Source: Mytilus trossulus
Taxonomy: Eukaryota
Assembly: GCF_036588685.1 (NCBI RefSeq)
Contig: NC_086379.1
Coordinates: 28,024,001-28,088,000 of the forward strand
Direction of reading: 5' to 3'
Length of the DNA stretch: 64,000 nucleotides
Under the pieces are notes generated by a model. The model was not told the origin of the DNA. It searched no databases and worked only from the letters and a program-made list of their open reading frames with translations. This document shows, in pieces, positions 39,431-52,470 of the stretch; within the stretch, counting starts at the first letter, position 1; each line of letters starts with the position of its first letter. Position numbers and translations under genes: made by a program.

Positions 39431-40593
39431 TTAGTTTTTTTACTTGTGGTATAATTTAAGAGAGATTTTTACTTGATAAAATTTTAAACTTTTATAAATT
39501 GTTATGAATCTTGGACAGGAGCTTATCATCTTCAGGATAAAACATAGAATACTAGATTTTCTTTTATATAAATTCTATATTTTACTGATAACTGGTCTAA
39601 CTTTTCAATATTTATACTTTCACCCTGCCAGCAGCAATCGTAAGCGAGACAGTGTACCTCGAAAATCTTACGAATTTTCTTTTGCATTTTTGAATAATTC
39701 TTTTCTGTCTCGCCTTGGAAGAGTAAAAAAGAGAGACATAGATATGTTGTTTCCGGCGTCCGCGGCGGCGTCAACACTATACTATATAGTATGAGTTTGT
39801 GATTTTATAGGTCTAGTTTATGATGAACAACTAGCGGTAGGTAAATGATATTTGGTATGCAGTTGTGTAGCATATTGGCACATCTCGTTAACATGGAGAT
39901 TATTCAGTTAAGATTCTATGGGGGTATGAACAACTTGAAATGACACAAACCCAGGTAACAAACCCACTTAAGAAAACACCCAGTGTTTTCCCAGAAATTA
40001 TAATTGATATTTTTGCAAAACTCCTTTCTGCTATCATCCAAGAAATCGATGCGGATCTAAGCGCATGTATTATAATAAATTCCAATTTATTTCTTCAATA
40101 AGTTTAACGTTTTATATATTTAAAGTACCGTCGTGTATAAATACATAATTGTTTACAAGTAGAATTCATCACCCGTAACGTGTGTTTGGGTTTAACTGTA
40201 AATATTATGTTGCTATGTAATTAACGGTTTCGCAATGTCTAACACGGGTACAAAAATCAATGAAAAAGAATTTCTAATATATCCTGCTTCACTATATATT
40301 AAATATAAAATAAGATATTCATTTTTTATTAAATGAAAATAATTTAATAAAGAAAACATGAAATAGACTCTGTTCTCGATTATTATGTATTTAAATTTAA
40401 ATGAAAAAAGCATATTAAATTCTTGCACGGGATTTCGAAACGTAGGTCTAAATCTTGAACCAAAATGGCTCTTGGCAGAATTCAATAAGGTTCTCATTCA
40501 GCTGTTTATGCTGATCGAATCAAACAAAACACTGTCTTCTAATGAGAAAAGTTTTACCGAGTTTGATGAATATGCGTGAAGTGGCAAGTAATT

Positions 40594-41421
40594 ATGTTTT
40601 CGGATAGAAGCACAGTAACACCAGTCAGAAAATTTAAAGGATATAGCAAAAAATCAAATTCTCAAAAATACACAGTAATATGTCTAACAGTGATTGGCTT
40701 GTGTCTTGTTGGAACAGGGATAGCTCTTATCATTGTTGGAGACGTGTATGATGTCGAAGATTTGTTAATTCTTGGTCCAATCTTTTTGATAGCAGGTGTT
40801 GGATTTACTATAATGATGGTTGTTATTATTACAAAACCACTATGTGAGAAGATGGTAAAGAAAAACAAAATAAGATGTGAAAAGCAAGAAAAACATAAAG
40901 GAAACAAGTCTAAGGTAAAAATAGAAGTTGAGGATAACTATACTTTACCAGTAACAAAGACGGAATCAAAACCCTATTTCCAAGATTATCAGGAAAAACT
41001 AAAGGAAGCAGAGGAGGTGAACAAAAGACAAAGCCCTTCAAAGGAAGTACTCTACGAAAAGTCTGCTGTTTCAGAAGAAAATTTAAAGTCGAAATTTCTT
41101 CCTCCAGGCGCAATTGAATTTGAAAACGAAAGATTTTTTTCAGTCAGCGGTATCGACAACGATTCCAAAGAAATACTCAAATCAAAACATCAAACCTATG
41201 ATATATATGGCAACGGAAGTGCAGATAAGTTTAGTTCGTCAAGGAATCAAACGCCAATTCCAGAAACCGTCAAAGGAGATGCACACACAATGGATCAGTG
41301 CGTTATAAGTAGTCAAATAGCCCCTCTAGAAAATTTTAATCCCTCAGAACTACCAGTATATTCGGACGAAGCCAGAATTTCACCATTACCAAATGATATT
41401 GAAGAATCATCTAAGTTGTAA
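40594..41421 (+). CDS. 275-aa two-TM membrane protein (paralog B)
   Basis: First ATG after the in-frame TGA at 40567; TM hairpin alignable with 34414-35016; ends SSKL. Confidence 0.85.
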   Translation: MFSDRSTVTPVRKFKGYSKKSNSQKYTVICLTVIGLCLVGTGIALIIVGDVYDVEDLLILGPIFLIAGVGFTIMMVVIITKPLCEKMVKKNKIRCEKQEKHKGNKSKVKIEVEDNYTLPVTKTESKPYFQDYQEKLKEAEEVNKRQSPSKEVLYEKSAVSEENLKSKFLPPGAIEFENERFFSVSGIDNDSKEILKSKHQTYDIYGNGSADKFSSSRNQTPIPETVKGDAHTMDQCVISSQIAPLENFNPSELPVYSDEARISPLPNDIEESSKL

Positions 41422-43746
41422 TAGTAAATGAAAACAACTATACTAGTACTTCATATGAGTTGACCAAAAACTGGCAAATTATTTCTAAAATATTATTTTT
41501 AAATGACTTGCAATTCAATCAAGAGATTATATTTTAGTTAGAATGGCTGACTTGCGGCATTTCCTTTTTTAATTGAAATGCTGTCAAAATATACTTTATA
41601 TCATATGTGCGTTTTATGCTACATATGTGATCCTATAACTTTTACCGTCCTAGTGCCAAAATATATGTTAAATCAGAGGCTATATAAAAAATGCATATAG
41701 TGTGTTATTTGTGTATTTTATGCCCCCGCCGCAGTATAGACGAAGGATGCATTAATTATTAATCTTGTCCGTACGTCCTGGAATTATTTTTCGTTCTTTA
41801 TTAAACACATGTTAAACAGCTAGTACATAATGCTTATAAAAGACCAACTCTATTATCAAGCTCGAATTTATGTGCACCGGAGATCACCCCAGTTTTTGGT
41901 GGGATTCGCTTAGTCTTTAGTTTTCTATGTTGTGTATTGTGTTCTATTATTTGTCTGTTTACCTTTTTCTTTTTTAGCCATTACGTTGACAGTTTATTTT
42001 CAATACATAAATTTGACTGTCCCTCTGGTATCTTTCGCCCCTCTTTTATATGGAAGATAGCATTATAAACGTTTACAATTCCTACATTTCTTTGTCGGAT
42101 TTGTCCATCCGTTTTGAAAACAATTGTATCTGTTTATTTCGATCGGGAGTTTAAATTGAGATAAATAAGAGAAAAAAGTATAATTCATAAAGTGCTTAGT
42201 TCATTTAAAACAAACACATCTCAAATATGTATGTTGTATACATGTAGATGGTTGAAGTACCACGACAATAATGAGGTATCCGGCTAAAGGAAATTCATCA
42301 CAATTTTATCTATTTCCCTGGTCTTCAACCCGGCCTGTTTTGATAGTTAGACATCACTTACTAGTTTACAAACTTTAAAATATTTCATTTTACATAACTG
42401 ATGCGTTCTCATCAGTAGATAATATAAATCTAAATTTATGACGATACTTACAGTGAAAATACCAAACTTTTGATGATTGGTTTACAAAATTGGCGTAGGT
42501 GGCGAATGATAATTGTATACACAACATGGATAAAAGCGCAGCAGGATTTAAATTCGCAACCTTTAGAATTTATTTTACAGTCACATTGACGTATATCCCA
42601 CATTCCATTTTCGCACAATAAAACGTTCAATATAAAAAAAAGTAGATGTAGTATGATTGCCAAAAAGGACAACTGTCCACAAGAGACCAAATATATGCGG
42701 GAATTAAAGTATTTCAGATTGTTTTAACATATTGAAGTTGGTGGGATTGCGTTATCCGCCTCCCGTCATTGGTTTTAACAATCATGTTAAAAAGAACAAG
42801 AATGTGTCCATAGTACTATCATTTTGTATGTTCAATGGGCCGTGAAATTGGGATCAAAACTCTAATTTGGCATTAAAATTAGAAAAATCATAGTCAAAGG
42901 GAAAATGTGTACTATAAGTTTCAAGCTGATTGGACTTCAACTTCATCAAGAACTACCTCGATTAATCTTTAACAAAGTGGAACAGACGGACGGAAAAACG
43001 AACGGACGAACGAACGGGCGGACGGACGGACGGACGGACGAACGAACGGACCGAAGTACGCACAGATCAGAAAACATAATGACAATAAATGGGGCATACA
43101 AAATAACGAATAAAAAAGACCGGACTGTGTTCCAATTTCAACCGAGATAGTAAATATTTCTGGATGCGTGCCTGCAGTATGGGACAAATTTGCTTGTCAT
43201 ATGACTTTAAGATTATTTTTCACTTTTGTTTACTTTACAAAAGATTAAAAAAAACATTGACTATGGCCCGTTTGAAAAATGATTAAGTCATCGCTATAGT
43301 TGTGCTTCCCTGTCATGCTTCTATGCTTCTTATATTTCTTTATGTGTAAGAACTTTTCCAATGTGTACTTATGAAGAACCAAACAGACCATATGTATTCG
43401 TGTATACTGCATATTGATTCTGGTACTTTGAATGGCATATTTCTGTTTTTAATAGATTTTTTTTCAAATGATTTGTTATACTAAATGCCTTATGATTGTT
43501 TTCCGATTTATTTTGTCAGAAAGACAAAGCGCAAGTCGTTCAGAACCTAAGACAGTTAACATGCAGCAATATATTGATTTTTTTTTTATTTAACTACACT
43601 GGTAGCAATTCAAGCAATCTCATATGCTTAGAATAACTCTAGGTTTAATTTAATATGTGCATTTCTAAACGCTGAGTATATCAATATTTTGCTTGTCATT
43701 CATTAAAAGTAAGCCACTTAGGTTGTCACATCTTATTTCGTTAAAA

Positions 43747-43849
43747 ATGTCTAACAAAATCGTTGAATATTTAGGAGGAACTGTAAAGGGCAATAATGGG
43801 TCCAACTTTGTCAGCACGGAATCATTTATCGGTAGTGGAAAAGTTGTTG
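43747..43849 (+). CDS. NXN: Nucleoredoxin/tryparedoxin-like gene, exon 1 (MSNKIVEYLGGTVKGNNGSNFVSTESFIGSGKVV)
   Basis: AAAATG start; phase-1 G|GTAAGT donor gives GKVVGLYFSAHWCPPC on splicing. The symbol is family-level. Confidence 0.88.
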
Positions 43850-44638
43850 GTAAGTTAATCAAGTTAACTTAATTTAAACTTTATGTGTTCATTTAAATGT
43901 GAACGTCTCATTACATAGGTTTACATACATACGGAAGCATATACAATTGATAATACTAGTATGTCTTTTTTTAAAAGACCGCAAGATTTGCTAGGTTAAT
44001 GTGCTTTTAAATGACATTTGTGCTTTCAAACGGACGCCATTTTCGCTCCTCCATTGACTTTGTCACGTGCGACTTGTTATTTTAATCCAAAATGCAGACT
44101 ATTCATAAATGCAGAAGCTTATCAAAAAGAATGGACTATAAAGTTAAGGTTTAACCTTAAAGTTCACGTTCCGCTATTTTGGTCTATAGCGGGCGCTGCT
44201 GCTAGTTATACAAAATGCATCTGCCTTTATAGGGCAAATATCAAAATGCATAAAACTACTGCACTATATTTATGAATAATGTTTACATTGTGACAAATTT
44301 CAAGACTCTTGCTGAGATTTTACTGGAACTTATACATGTTATAGACATTAAAATAATCTCAGCAAGATTTTAGATTTATGGACGAAGAACTGTCAGCTAA
44401 GCATTTTGATTATCTTCACTACTTCATTGAGCGCGGGGTTAACATGGTTAATGCAAAATGAGTTACACAATAATAGATAATCATTTTCCTAAATATAAAT
44501 TTTAAAAAGCGAACAATGAGTATAGCAGGCCTAAACAGTCTTTTGTGATATTTGTAAAATAAAGTTTTTAACAAAACAGGAACATATCAATTTTATGTAT
44601 ATGTAAATGCATAAATGAAAATGAAGGAAAATATTACA

Positions 44639-45050
44639 AACTAGATGAATCAAAGCGACACGAATGGCCCAAAAAGTTGATAAATCTGCAATTCAATGTA
44701 AGCACATGTGGACACAAACATACAAACATGATGGTAGTCTCTCATATCAAAAATCAGCTCAAAATCTGGAGGCTTTTAGGAAAAAAGTTTGTACAATTGT
44801 GATTTTCAACAATTTCTCAAAGTCCAAAGCCCGTAATTTCGGCAAAACTTAGTGCAGCGGAACGAAACTTAAACTTGATCTGTAACTCACCATAGTTAAC
44901 TCACATACCAAAAATCAGCCCAATATCAGAAGGCGTTTAGAAAAGAAAAAAAAACTCCGTATAATGATTTGTTGCGGAATGACGGAATTACGGAGTACGA
45001 CAAGGGTACAACTATATGGCACCGACAACTTCGTTGCGGGGCCACAAAAA
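44639..45050 (+). mobile_element. HINE-like repeat in the nucleoredoxin intron
   Basis: aactagatg start, two ~155-bp internal units (catatcaaaaatcagctcaaaatctggaggc / cataccaaaaatcagcccaatatcagaaggc), acgga microsatellite, A-rich end. Confidence 0.55.
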
Positions 45051-46039
45051 TGATTAATCGGTGGTTGGTGGCTTACACATGTAGTTCATTCAATATATAC
45101 AGAAAAGGCATAATGTCAATAAAATTGCAAAATAACTAATGAAGAGTGTGTTTCCAAGAATGGATATGAATGTATCAGTGGATGCAATCATATTTGATGT
45201 ACGTAAATTCTTCCAATTGAGAAACTTGATTATAATCGAGCTACATATCTATCATAACAATATAAATCTATTTTTTTAAATCTTAAAAATTATTGTATAC
45301 GGAAGCTAACAAAAATTCTATTACCCAAAATTAGCATTTTGAGGATAAGCTAAGATTTTATCATTAAATCTGGGAAAATAGGAAACCGGAAATTTTGTGA
45401 AAAGTGACTTATTTTTAAGATAAAACACTTGATTGTATATAAGGAAACTCACACGATTGCATTACTGTTTTACAATTTTTAGTCAAAACCCTCATTTCAA
45501 TCATGAAATCTCAAAAACTGGAAATCGGATGCAATGTAGCCAAGGTCTAAATCAATATGTTTTGTTTTAAAGGATTTTTAAAATATGAACTGATTAAGAT
45601 GATAATTTGTTTAAATGTTTCAAGACCAACTTTAAAAGTTAATTCAGTGTATGCATTTATTGAAATCTGTGTCGCAAAGACTTGGTAAAAATTATTGGTA
45701 TGGTACAAACATCATGCTTTTTTATACTATAAATGACGTATTTGTGCCTAATCCGTTGGATTTATACTAGTTACAGCCGATTTCAATGAGTGTGTAGCTA
45801 TAGGTAAGTTCTTTGATTCGCTTGCTTGCTAGCTGAACCGTGAAGTCATTGTTAGGTAAGATATATAATACCCTCCTTTCGAAGTAGCCTAGTCCTACAG
45901 ACATATAAATTGGTTATCTGTCGGACCAGTCTACTCTTAATGAGGGTAGTTTATCTATTTAATGCTTCAGTGAGGTAGAAGAAATATTTATTATAATTGT
46001 GTTGGGTTTGAACTAGCTTTCAATATCTGCGAGTGCTCT

Positions 46040-47242
46040 TATATCCAAAACAGGAATAAGGGGCCAAAAAGGGCCCAAATAAGCATTATTCTTGGTTTTC
46101 GCACAATAACTTTAGTATAAGTAAATAGAAATCAATGAAATTTTAACATAAGGTCTATGACCACAAAAGCAAAGCGTGGGATTGACTTTGGGAGTTGAGG
46201 TCACAACAGTTTAGGAATAAAGGGCCAAAAAGGGCCCATATATGCTTGGGGTTGATCTCGGGAGTTTTTATCCCAACGAATAAGGGGCCAAAGGGGCCAA
46301 AATTAAACTTTGTTTGATTTCATCAAAAATTGAATAATAGGGGTTCTTTGATATGCCGAATATAACCGTGTATTTAGATTCGTAATTTGTGGTCCCGTTT
46401 TCAAATTTGTCTACATTAAGGTCCAAAGGGTCCAAAATTAAATTTAGTTTGATTTTAACAAAAATTGAATTCTTTGTGTTCTTTGATATGCCGAATCTAA
46501 ACATGTTTTTAGTTTTTTTTTATTATGAGCCTAGTTTTCAAGTTGGTCCAAATCAGGGTCCAAGATTAAACTTTGTTTGATTTCAACAAAAAATCAATAG
46601 ATGGGGTTCTTCAATATGCTGAATCTAACCATGCATTTAGATTTTTAATATTTAGGACCGGTTATCAAATTGATTCACATTGAGGTCTTAAGGGTCCAAA
46701 ATTGTACTTTATTTGATTTCATAAAAAAATGGATTCTTGGGATTCTTTGATATGGTAAATTTAACCATGTATTAAGATTTTGGATATTGGAATACCACAA
46801 AGGTATGGTAAGAATTGTCTTTGGAAATTATGGCTCAAACCGTTAAGGAATAGGGTGCAAAAAAGGGGGGAAAAGAGTTTCCAGGTTAATGGACAATTTC
46901 TTAAGTACAAAACATAATTTTAAAGCAGTGTAAGGTTGGTAATTGAAACTCATTTTAATATCTCTCCTAAACTGCAATACAATGAAACAGGAAGTTTCTT
47001 CAAATATCAAAGGATTAATATTCAACAGCATACTGAATTGCTCAAAAGCACAAAAAAAAACATTTTAAGTTTATTAGACCACATTCATTCTGTGTCAGAA
47101 ACCTATGCTGTGTCAACTATTTTATCACAATACAATTTCAGAGCTGTATCCAGTTTGAATGTTGTGTCCATACTAGCCCCAACCGTTCAGGGTTCGACCT
47201 CTGCGGTCGTATAAAGCTATGCCCTGCGGAGCATCTGGTTTT
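46040..47242. repeat. Helentron-like element with internal tandem ~130-bp units (4 copies)
   Basis: gggtccaaaattaaactttgtttgatttcaacaaaaattgaat...gttctttgatatgc recurs at about 46294, 46428, 46556 and 46692. Confidence 0.75.
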
Positions 47243-47517
47243 TGCATCAAATGAATATTCTTTAATTGGAAGAATCTAAATTTCCTGTCCATTCTCTCCA
47301 AATTATTTTGATATTGATAAAGTTTACGCAAAAGAAAGCCAGGGAGGGAAGATTTGATACAAGAAGCCAGAGAAGTGTTTTTAATTTGTTTCATGTCATT
47401 GTAGCCTTTTTTAGCAATATAATGAATTAACTTATATATCAAAAGCACATATAACGTGCACGTGTTTTCAATTGCGACAAATACTCATTATTACGTGCAA
47501 ATTTCATTTATTTTTAG

Positions 47518-47717
47518 GTTTATATTTCTCTGCTCATTGGTGTCCACCCTGTCGAAGCTTCACACCAGAATTAGCCAGAAAATATGCAAAATATAAACAG
47601 CAGTACCCATCATTTGAGATTGTGTTTGTCAGTTCAGATAGAAGTGAAAACGATTTTGACTCCTACTTCAGTGAAATGCCATGGTTAGCTCTGCCATTTA
47701 ACGAAGAAGGAAAGAAG
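47518..47717 (+). CDS. NXN: Nucleoredoxin-like gene, exon 2 (GLYFSAHWCPPCRSFTP...FEIVFVSSDR...MPWLALPF)
   Basis: WCPPC active site and NXN-family motifs; canonical splice sites. Confidence 0.95.
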
Positions 47718-48697
47718 GTAAATCTCACTCTGTGACAGTATCATGAAGCATATACGATCGCTCATAGCTGTAAAAAGTCATTTATTTTGCAAATTAGTTT
47801 TTGCTCATAGTCCCATATTTTTGCCAGTTTTGTCAACGTTGAGACATTTGCCAATGTGTCCTTTATTTTCCTGCAGAATTACTATAACTAATATCAACAA
47901 GTAGCTTTGATCTCATTAAACCAATTGACCAGATTTGGTAATTTAATTTCTAAACTGTGCTGAGATTGCTTCCCTTGCATAGTAGAAATTAAGCTATAGT
48001 CTTTAGGAAAGTTCTTATGTTACTTGGTCTATCGGTTTAATATATAATTCAGCATATATGTATGATTCCCTATAATTATGACTGTTTCAATTTGTTTATT
48101 CAAGCTCAAAAACGTCTCCGAAATATTGATGTGGTTCTTCGATGAAATTGATCTTCTTACAAGTGTTTGTCGCTTAACGCTTTCTAAAATAAACGCTGAA
48201 CATTACTAAAAATATAAATTCAAACGATGGTATGATTTAAGAGAAATAAAACAAAACGGAATGTTTTGACTACTGCTTGGAAGTTGCCGTGGCCAAGAAT
48301 AGAATCCGATGTCCAGTATACTTCAGTACTTTGATTTGAATTTGGTGCGTCCGAAGTTCTTTTTCTGGATTAACGTGAGTCAGAAACACTGCAGCTCAAA
48401 AGTTTGATAGTCAAGTAAGCAAGTAAAGAGTATACACATATCTAATCGTTGGATTTATGTAAGTTGTCATAAAAATTGTTGGAGGTATTACAGAAATGTA
48501 TCTAGGACGATAGATCTTTCAATATGTCCAAAAAAGAGGAGTATAAACATAATATATTCATGCTTATCTGAAAAAAAATGAAACAAGTGAAATTTACAGG
48601 CACATGTATAGAGTTTTCAATGTCAATGAACTTTTGTTCAATAACAGAGTGTCCTAAAGTTTCTTTAGTATAGTAATTGTGTGTTTTTGTTTTTCAG

Positions 48698-48838
48698 AAT
48701 AAACTCATGGCACAATTTGGAGTAAGAGGTATACCAGCATTGGTTATTTTAAATGGCGAGACGGGAAAAGTTATATCAAAAGATGGTCGTGCAGACACAG
48801 CGAGTGAGACCTTTCCAACAAGATGGAAAATACAATGA
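48698..48838 (+). CDS. NXN: Nucleoredoxin-like gene, exon 3 (NKLMAQFGVRGIPALVILNGETGKVISKDGR...FPTRWKIQ*)
   Basis: TTTCAG acceptor, GIP cis-Pro motif, TGA at 48836-48838, AATAAA at about 48972; total 147 aa. Confidence 0.92.
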   Translation, partial: NKLMAQFGVRGIPALVILNGETGKVISKDGRADTASETFPTRWKIQ

Positions 48839-50155
48839 TGCCTTTTATAGTATACTCGTGCTGATAAATTTATGTGTTAATTTACAGTCAATCACCATGT
48901 TCCATAATGTAAAACGCACACACATATCTACATATGATTTTAATACATAGACAGTATGACTTGGTTAAAATAATAAATTATACATCGATAAGATTAAGCT
49001 TTTAAAAACTTTTTTTTTGTTGCAGGCCAATTAGTTTTGGTTTTAAATCACTTGCCAGATTTACACAAGTTTGAAAAAAAGGAGACAACTGAACACACGA
49101 AAAATAACGGTAACAGATGCTCACTCGATCATCTTGTTCTTTGTGAATGTTCGTTGTTTTTTTTTTATATATATATATCATGGGTCTTGATGTCTTATTT
49201 TGACGTTGATGAGTGCTAGAATACAGGAAATACAAAGATATTCGTTACTTAAAGAAACGTAAAATGCGAAATCCCATAATCACTAGATGTTGAAAACAAA
49301 TCTTCCCAAAAACATTATATGCGAGTTGTTATATGTTTGGAATTGCCGCAATAGTAGAGTGAATTGTATTTTCAATCTCGTGGTAACATTATGTGCTTGG
49401 TATCGTCAATCTCGGTTAAGTAAGCGGTTTGTATTGTCTCATTTTGCTGTTTAATTTTAAAATATTGTGTTTTGTATTGTCACTCTCTATGTATAGAAGT
49501 TAATTTTCTATTGACACCCGCCCATGTAAGTTATAGGCTTGGTAAAGAAAATCTTTCAGAAAAGAACTGGGTTTAGGTTTTACAATCCTCTGTCAACGAA
49601 GAACGTTGGTTTTCTATGTTCACTCTCTCTGCAAAGTAGTGGGTTTCGTACTGGAACTCTGCTTGGCAAAGTATAGTTTGCTTACTACTGTCCCTTTCGT
49701 TGTTCTTGGTACTGGCACTCCTCAATAAATGTTGCTCGACTAAGAATTTGGTTTGCTGTTTGAAAACAACTGTTAAACGGATAAATGTAGGAGAGAATAT
49801 AAAGGTAAAAACTAACATGAAAACTTAAAAAGTCAAAAATAAACTGACAACGCCACAATAAAAAAAAACTAAAAAAAAGTCTAAAAGTGCAAAAGACAAA
49901 CAGCAGTACACAAAAAATAGCACAGAAGACTAAAAACTGAGCAAAACAAAATCCCATTAAAACCGGGGTTGAAAATTATTCTCATGTGATCCATTTAGGC
50001 AGGATTGTTAATCGTCACAACTCGGCTGATTCCGTACTTCATCTAAGGAGAGAAGCGGAGTCACCCGAGGATTGCCGATTGTGGCAACAACGTATCCGTC
50101 ATCATCTGTAAAAACTTGAGACATTGTGTAATGGCCAGTCGACTCGTGCACATCC

Positions 50156-50383
50156 GAGGCCCCTCATGGGGGGGGGGGGTCCTAGTAATCACATAATCAC
50201 CATTTTTTCCCCAATATAATCACATAATCATTAAATATTTGCTTATCTTTAGTAATCAAATAATATTACTAAAAATACAGTCCTAGGTAATCAAATAATC
50301 ATGAAATATTTGGCTTAATAATCAAATAATCATTAAAAAAACGGCCAAGAAATCGCATAATCAAAAACCCCATGAGGGCCCTC
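50156..50383. mobile_element. MITE with 6-bp TSD ACATCC and internal ATAATCA repeats
   Basis: gaggcccctcatgggg ... ccccatgagggccctc with ACATCC on both flanks. Confidence 0.85.
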
Positions 50384-50678
50384 ACATCCGTGGTGTTGCT
50401 CATATAAGTGCACACCCAAATCAATAGAGATGGATAGATATGAAAAAAATGCACGTTGGCCGGATAAAGTTAGTGAAGATGAAAAACATTTTATAAACCA
50501 TTGTCCCTTTTATATAATCTTTTAAAAAGATTGATATGATATTTTTTTTATAAATTGTAAAAAATAAATATTTTGAACTCAGAAAACTATCCGAATAAAC
50601 AAAATTGAAATCGAAAAGGGGAAATAAATGTCAAACATTTAACAACCCGACCAAAGAAAAGTACAGCCTATAGTAAGG

Positions 50679-50896
50679 TATATCAGAGCCATATAATACA
50701 TTGTGTTTATATGTCTCTGCATATATTTAACTCAAGCAGAAAGAATATTTGCATGAGTGTCAATATACTTCACGAATACTTGGACTTTTGTGATAGTATA
50801 CTAGCTATTTATATGTTAGTATAATAGTCCCAGGTTATGTAATATCATATATATAACTAGAGACATATATAAACACATATATATGTCTCTGATATA
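50679..50896. mobile_element. Element with ~40-bp inverted arms
   Basis: tatatcagagccatata...tgtgtttatatgtctct / agagacatatataaacacatatatatgtctctgatata. Confidence 0.65.
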
Positions 50897-51099
50897 ACTG
50901 TTATGATGATTTGTACTTAGATGCAGACAAGATATATAAAAGCACAGGCTTATTGAAATACATGCAAAGCACTACTAACATACATATCTAAACAAGCCAA
51001 AACTGAAGCACAACTAAAATTTAAGCACAACTAAAATGAAGCACAAATAAAAATATAGCACACATGCAAACATTTAAGGCATACTAACATGTTAGAGCA

Positions 51100-51720
51100 A
51101 TTTCTAGAATATGAAAAAGCTTATCTACACGCAGAACAACAACATTTTGAACCATTCCAAGACTGTATAAGGCTCTTAAATTTAGAAAAAAAGCGGCGGT
51201 TTTCAGTCCTGAAATGGTCAGGTAGGCTGTTCCACAGAGTAGCAGCTGCAAATTTAAAACTGCTCTTATACCAAACTGTGTAGTTTTTACATGTGGTATA
51301 TCCAGTATAGACTATTTACAATATTTTTCATTTAATAGATCATGTAAACACCCTGGTGCTAATTTATTAACTATATTAAAAGTTTCAATAGCCATTAATA
51401 TGCAGTGTTGGCATCGTAGTCTTTTCAAGCAACTGTTGATATGAGCTTGAATGGTCTTTGTACACAAACATAAGTTCTATTTCTTGCACTTTTTCTAAAA
51501 AAAATGTTTTTTTCTCGGTACAAAAGTGCAATGCCAAATGGCAGAAATTAAAATTTGACAAAAAAGATGTAAGGAAAATAGAAAGCTTACTTAGCTTGTT
51601 CAGATAGGCCGCTCCCAAACGTTTCCGGCAAATATTTAGTTGCTGAGATGCCTTTCTGCAAATTTTACCATTATGAATTTAAAATTTTTAGCTGATAATC
51701 TATGTCAAGTAATTGACAGT
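51100..51720 (-). mobile_element. CR1/Crack-type LINE 3' fragment, degenerate
   Basis: SFLSNFNFCHLALHFC...LEKVQE...SSYQQLLEK..MPTLH resembles the SNFNYCPLVWHFC...LEKIQERAL motif. Confidence 0.8.
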
Positions 51721-52040
51721 TGACTCACACGGAAGATCAGCACTATTGATGAGGCCCCTCATTGATGATACGTATAGAAGGCTTTTCAGTGTTATATATG
51801 TTATGTCGCCGACTTCTAAGACCCGTGAGACTGGCTTGTCAGGGTTTTTAATATATATCATTGATAAAATCATTGAATAGTAGGGGCCAAGGTTTGAGAT
51901 CTTACTAGTTATTAATTTGCTCTTCAGCTCTTAAATTGAATAAAAAAAATCTTATTTGAAATAGATCGTATGTTTCGGCGGTGTTCCTGTAAAGGAGGTT
52001 CGTAATTTGATATTAAAGGGACATAACTTATTTCAAGAAC

Positions 52041-52180
52041 GGACGCCATGTTGAAACAATGGAAATGTGTGGAAAATGAAACTACAACGCAGAACTTATA
52101 AAAATAAGCAAGAAAATAATTCAAGAAACTGCGATTTTTACGCATAGTAATTAAGAAATTATTACGACGCATACAAATGT
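52041..52180 (+). promoter_or_regulatory. Candidate promoter / 5'UTR exon of the hnRNP U-like gene
   Basis: YY1-type GACGCCATGTTG at 52042, local CpGs, possible donor T|GTAAGG near 52178. Confidence 0.35.
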
Positions 52181-52470
52181 AAGGAAACTTCAAGAAAAGC
52201 ATTTAAAATTACTATACTAAACCGTTTCTCAAGCTGCAAAACGTAGCTCTTATAATAAAAATTTAATATTTTGAGTTCTTATTCAATGTCATTGAATGTT
52301 CTGTATTAATTAACTGTAGGCCTAGGTACCATTCCTTAAATAAAAATAAAAAAAACCCCAAACAAAACATACAGGAAACGGAATAAAGTTCGAGAAATAC
52401 ACGCTTGTTTTTAATGAGCACCTGTACATGTAAATAGGATAAATTTAACTTTCACAAAATGTAAATATAT

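Noticed and set aside
41410-41421. C-terminal SKL as a peroxisomal PTS1
   Set aside because: PTS1 imports soluble matrix proteins; in a two-TM protein whose paralog ends TEF, a PDZ ligand is more plausible.
45777-45803. Strong donor ATAG|GTAAGT as nucleoredoxin exon 1
   Set aside because: No in-frame ATG before an upstream TAA; 43747-43849 fits the family far better. A minor cassette or non-coding exon is not excluded.
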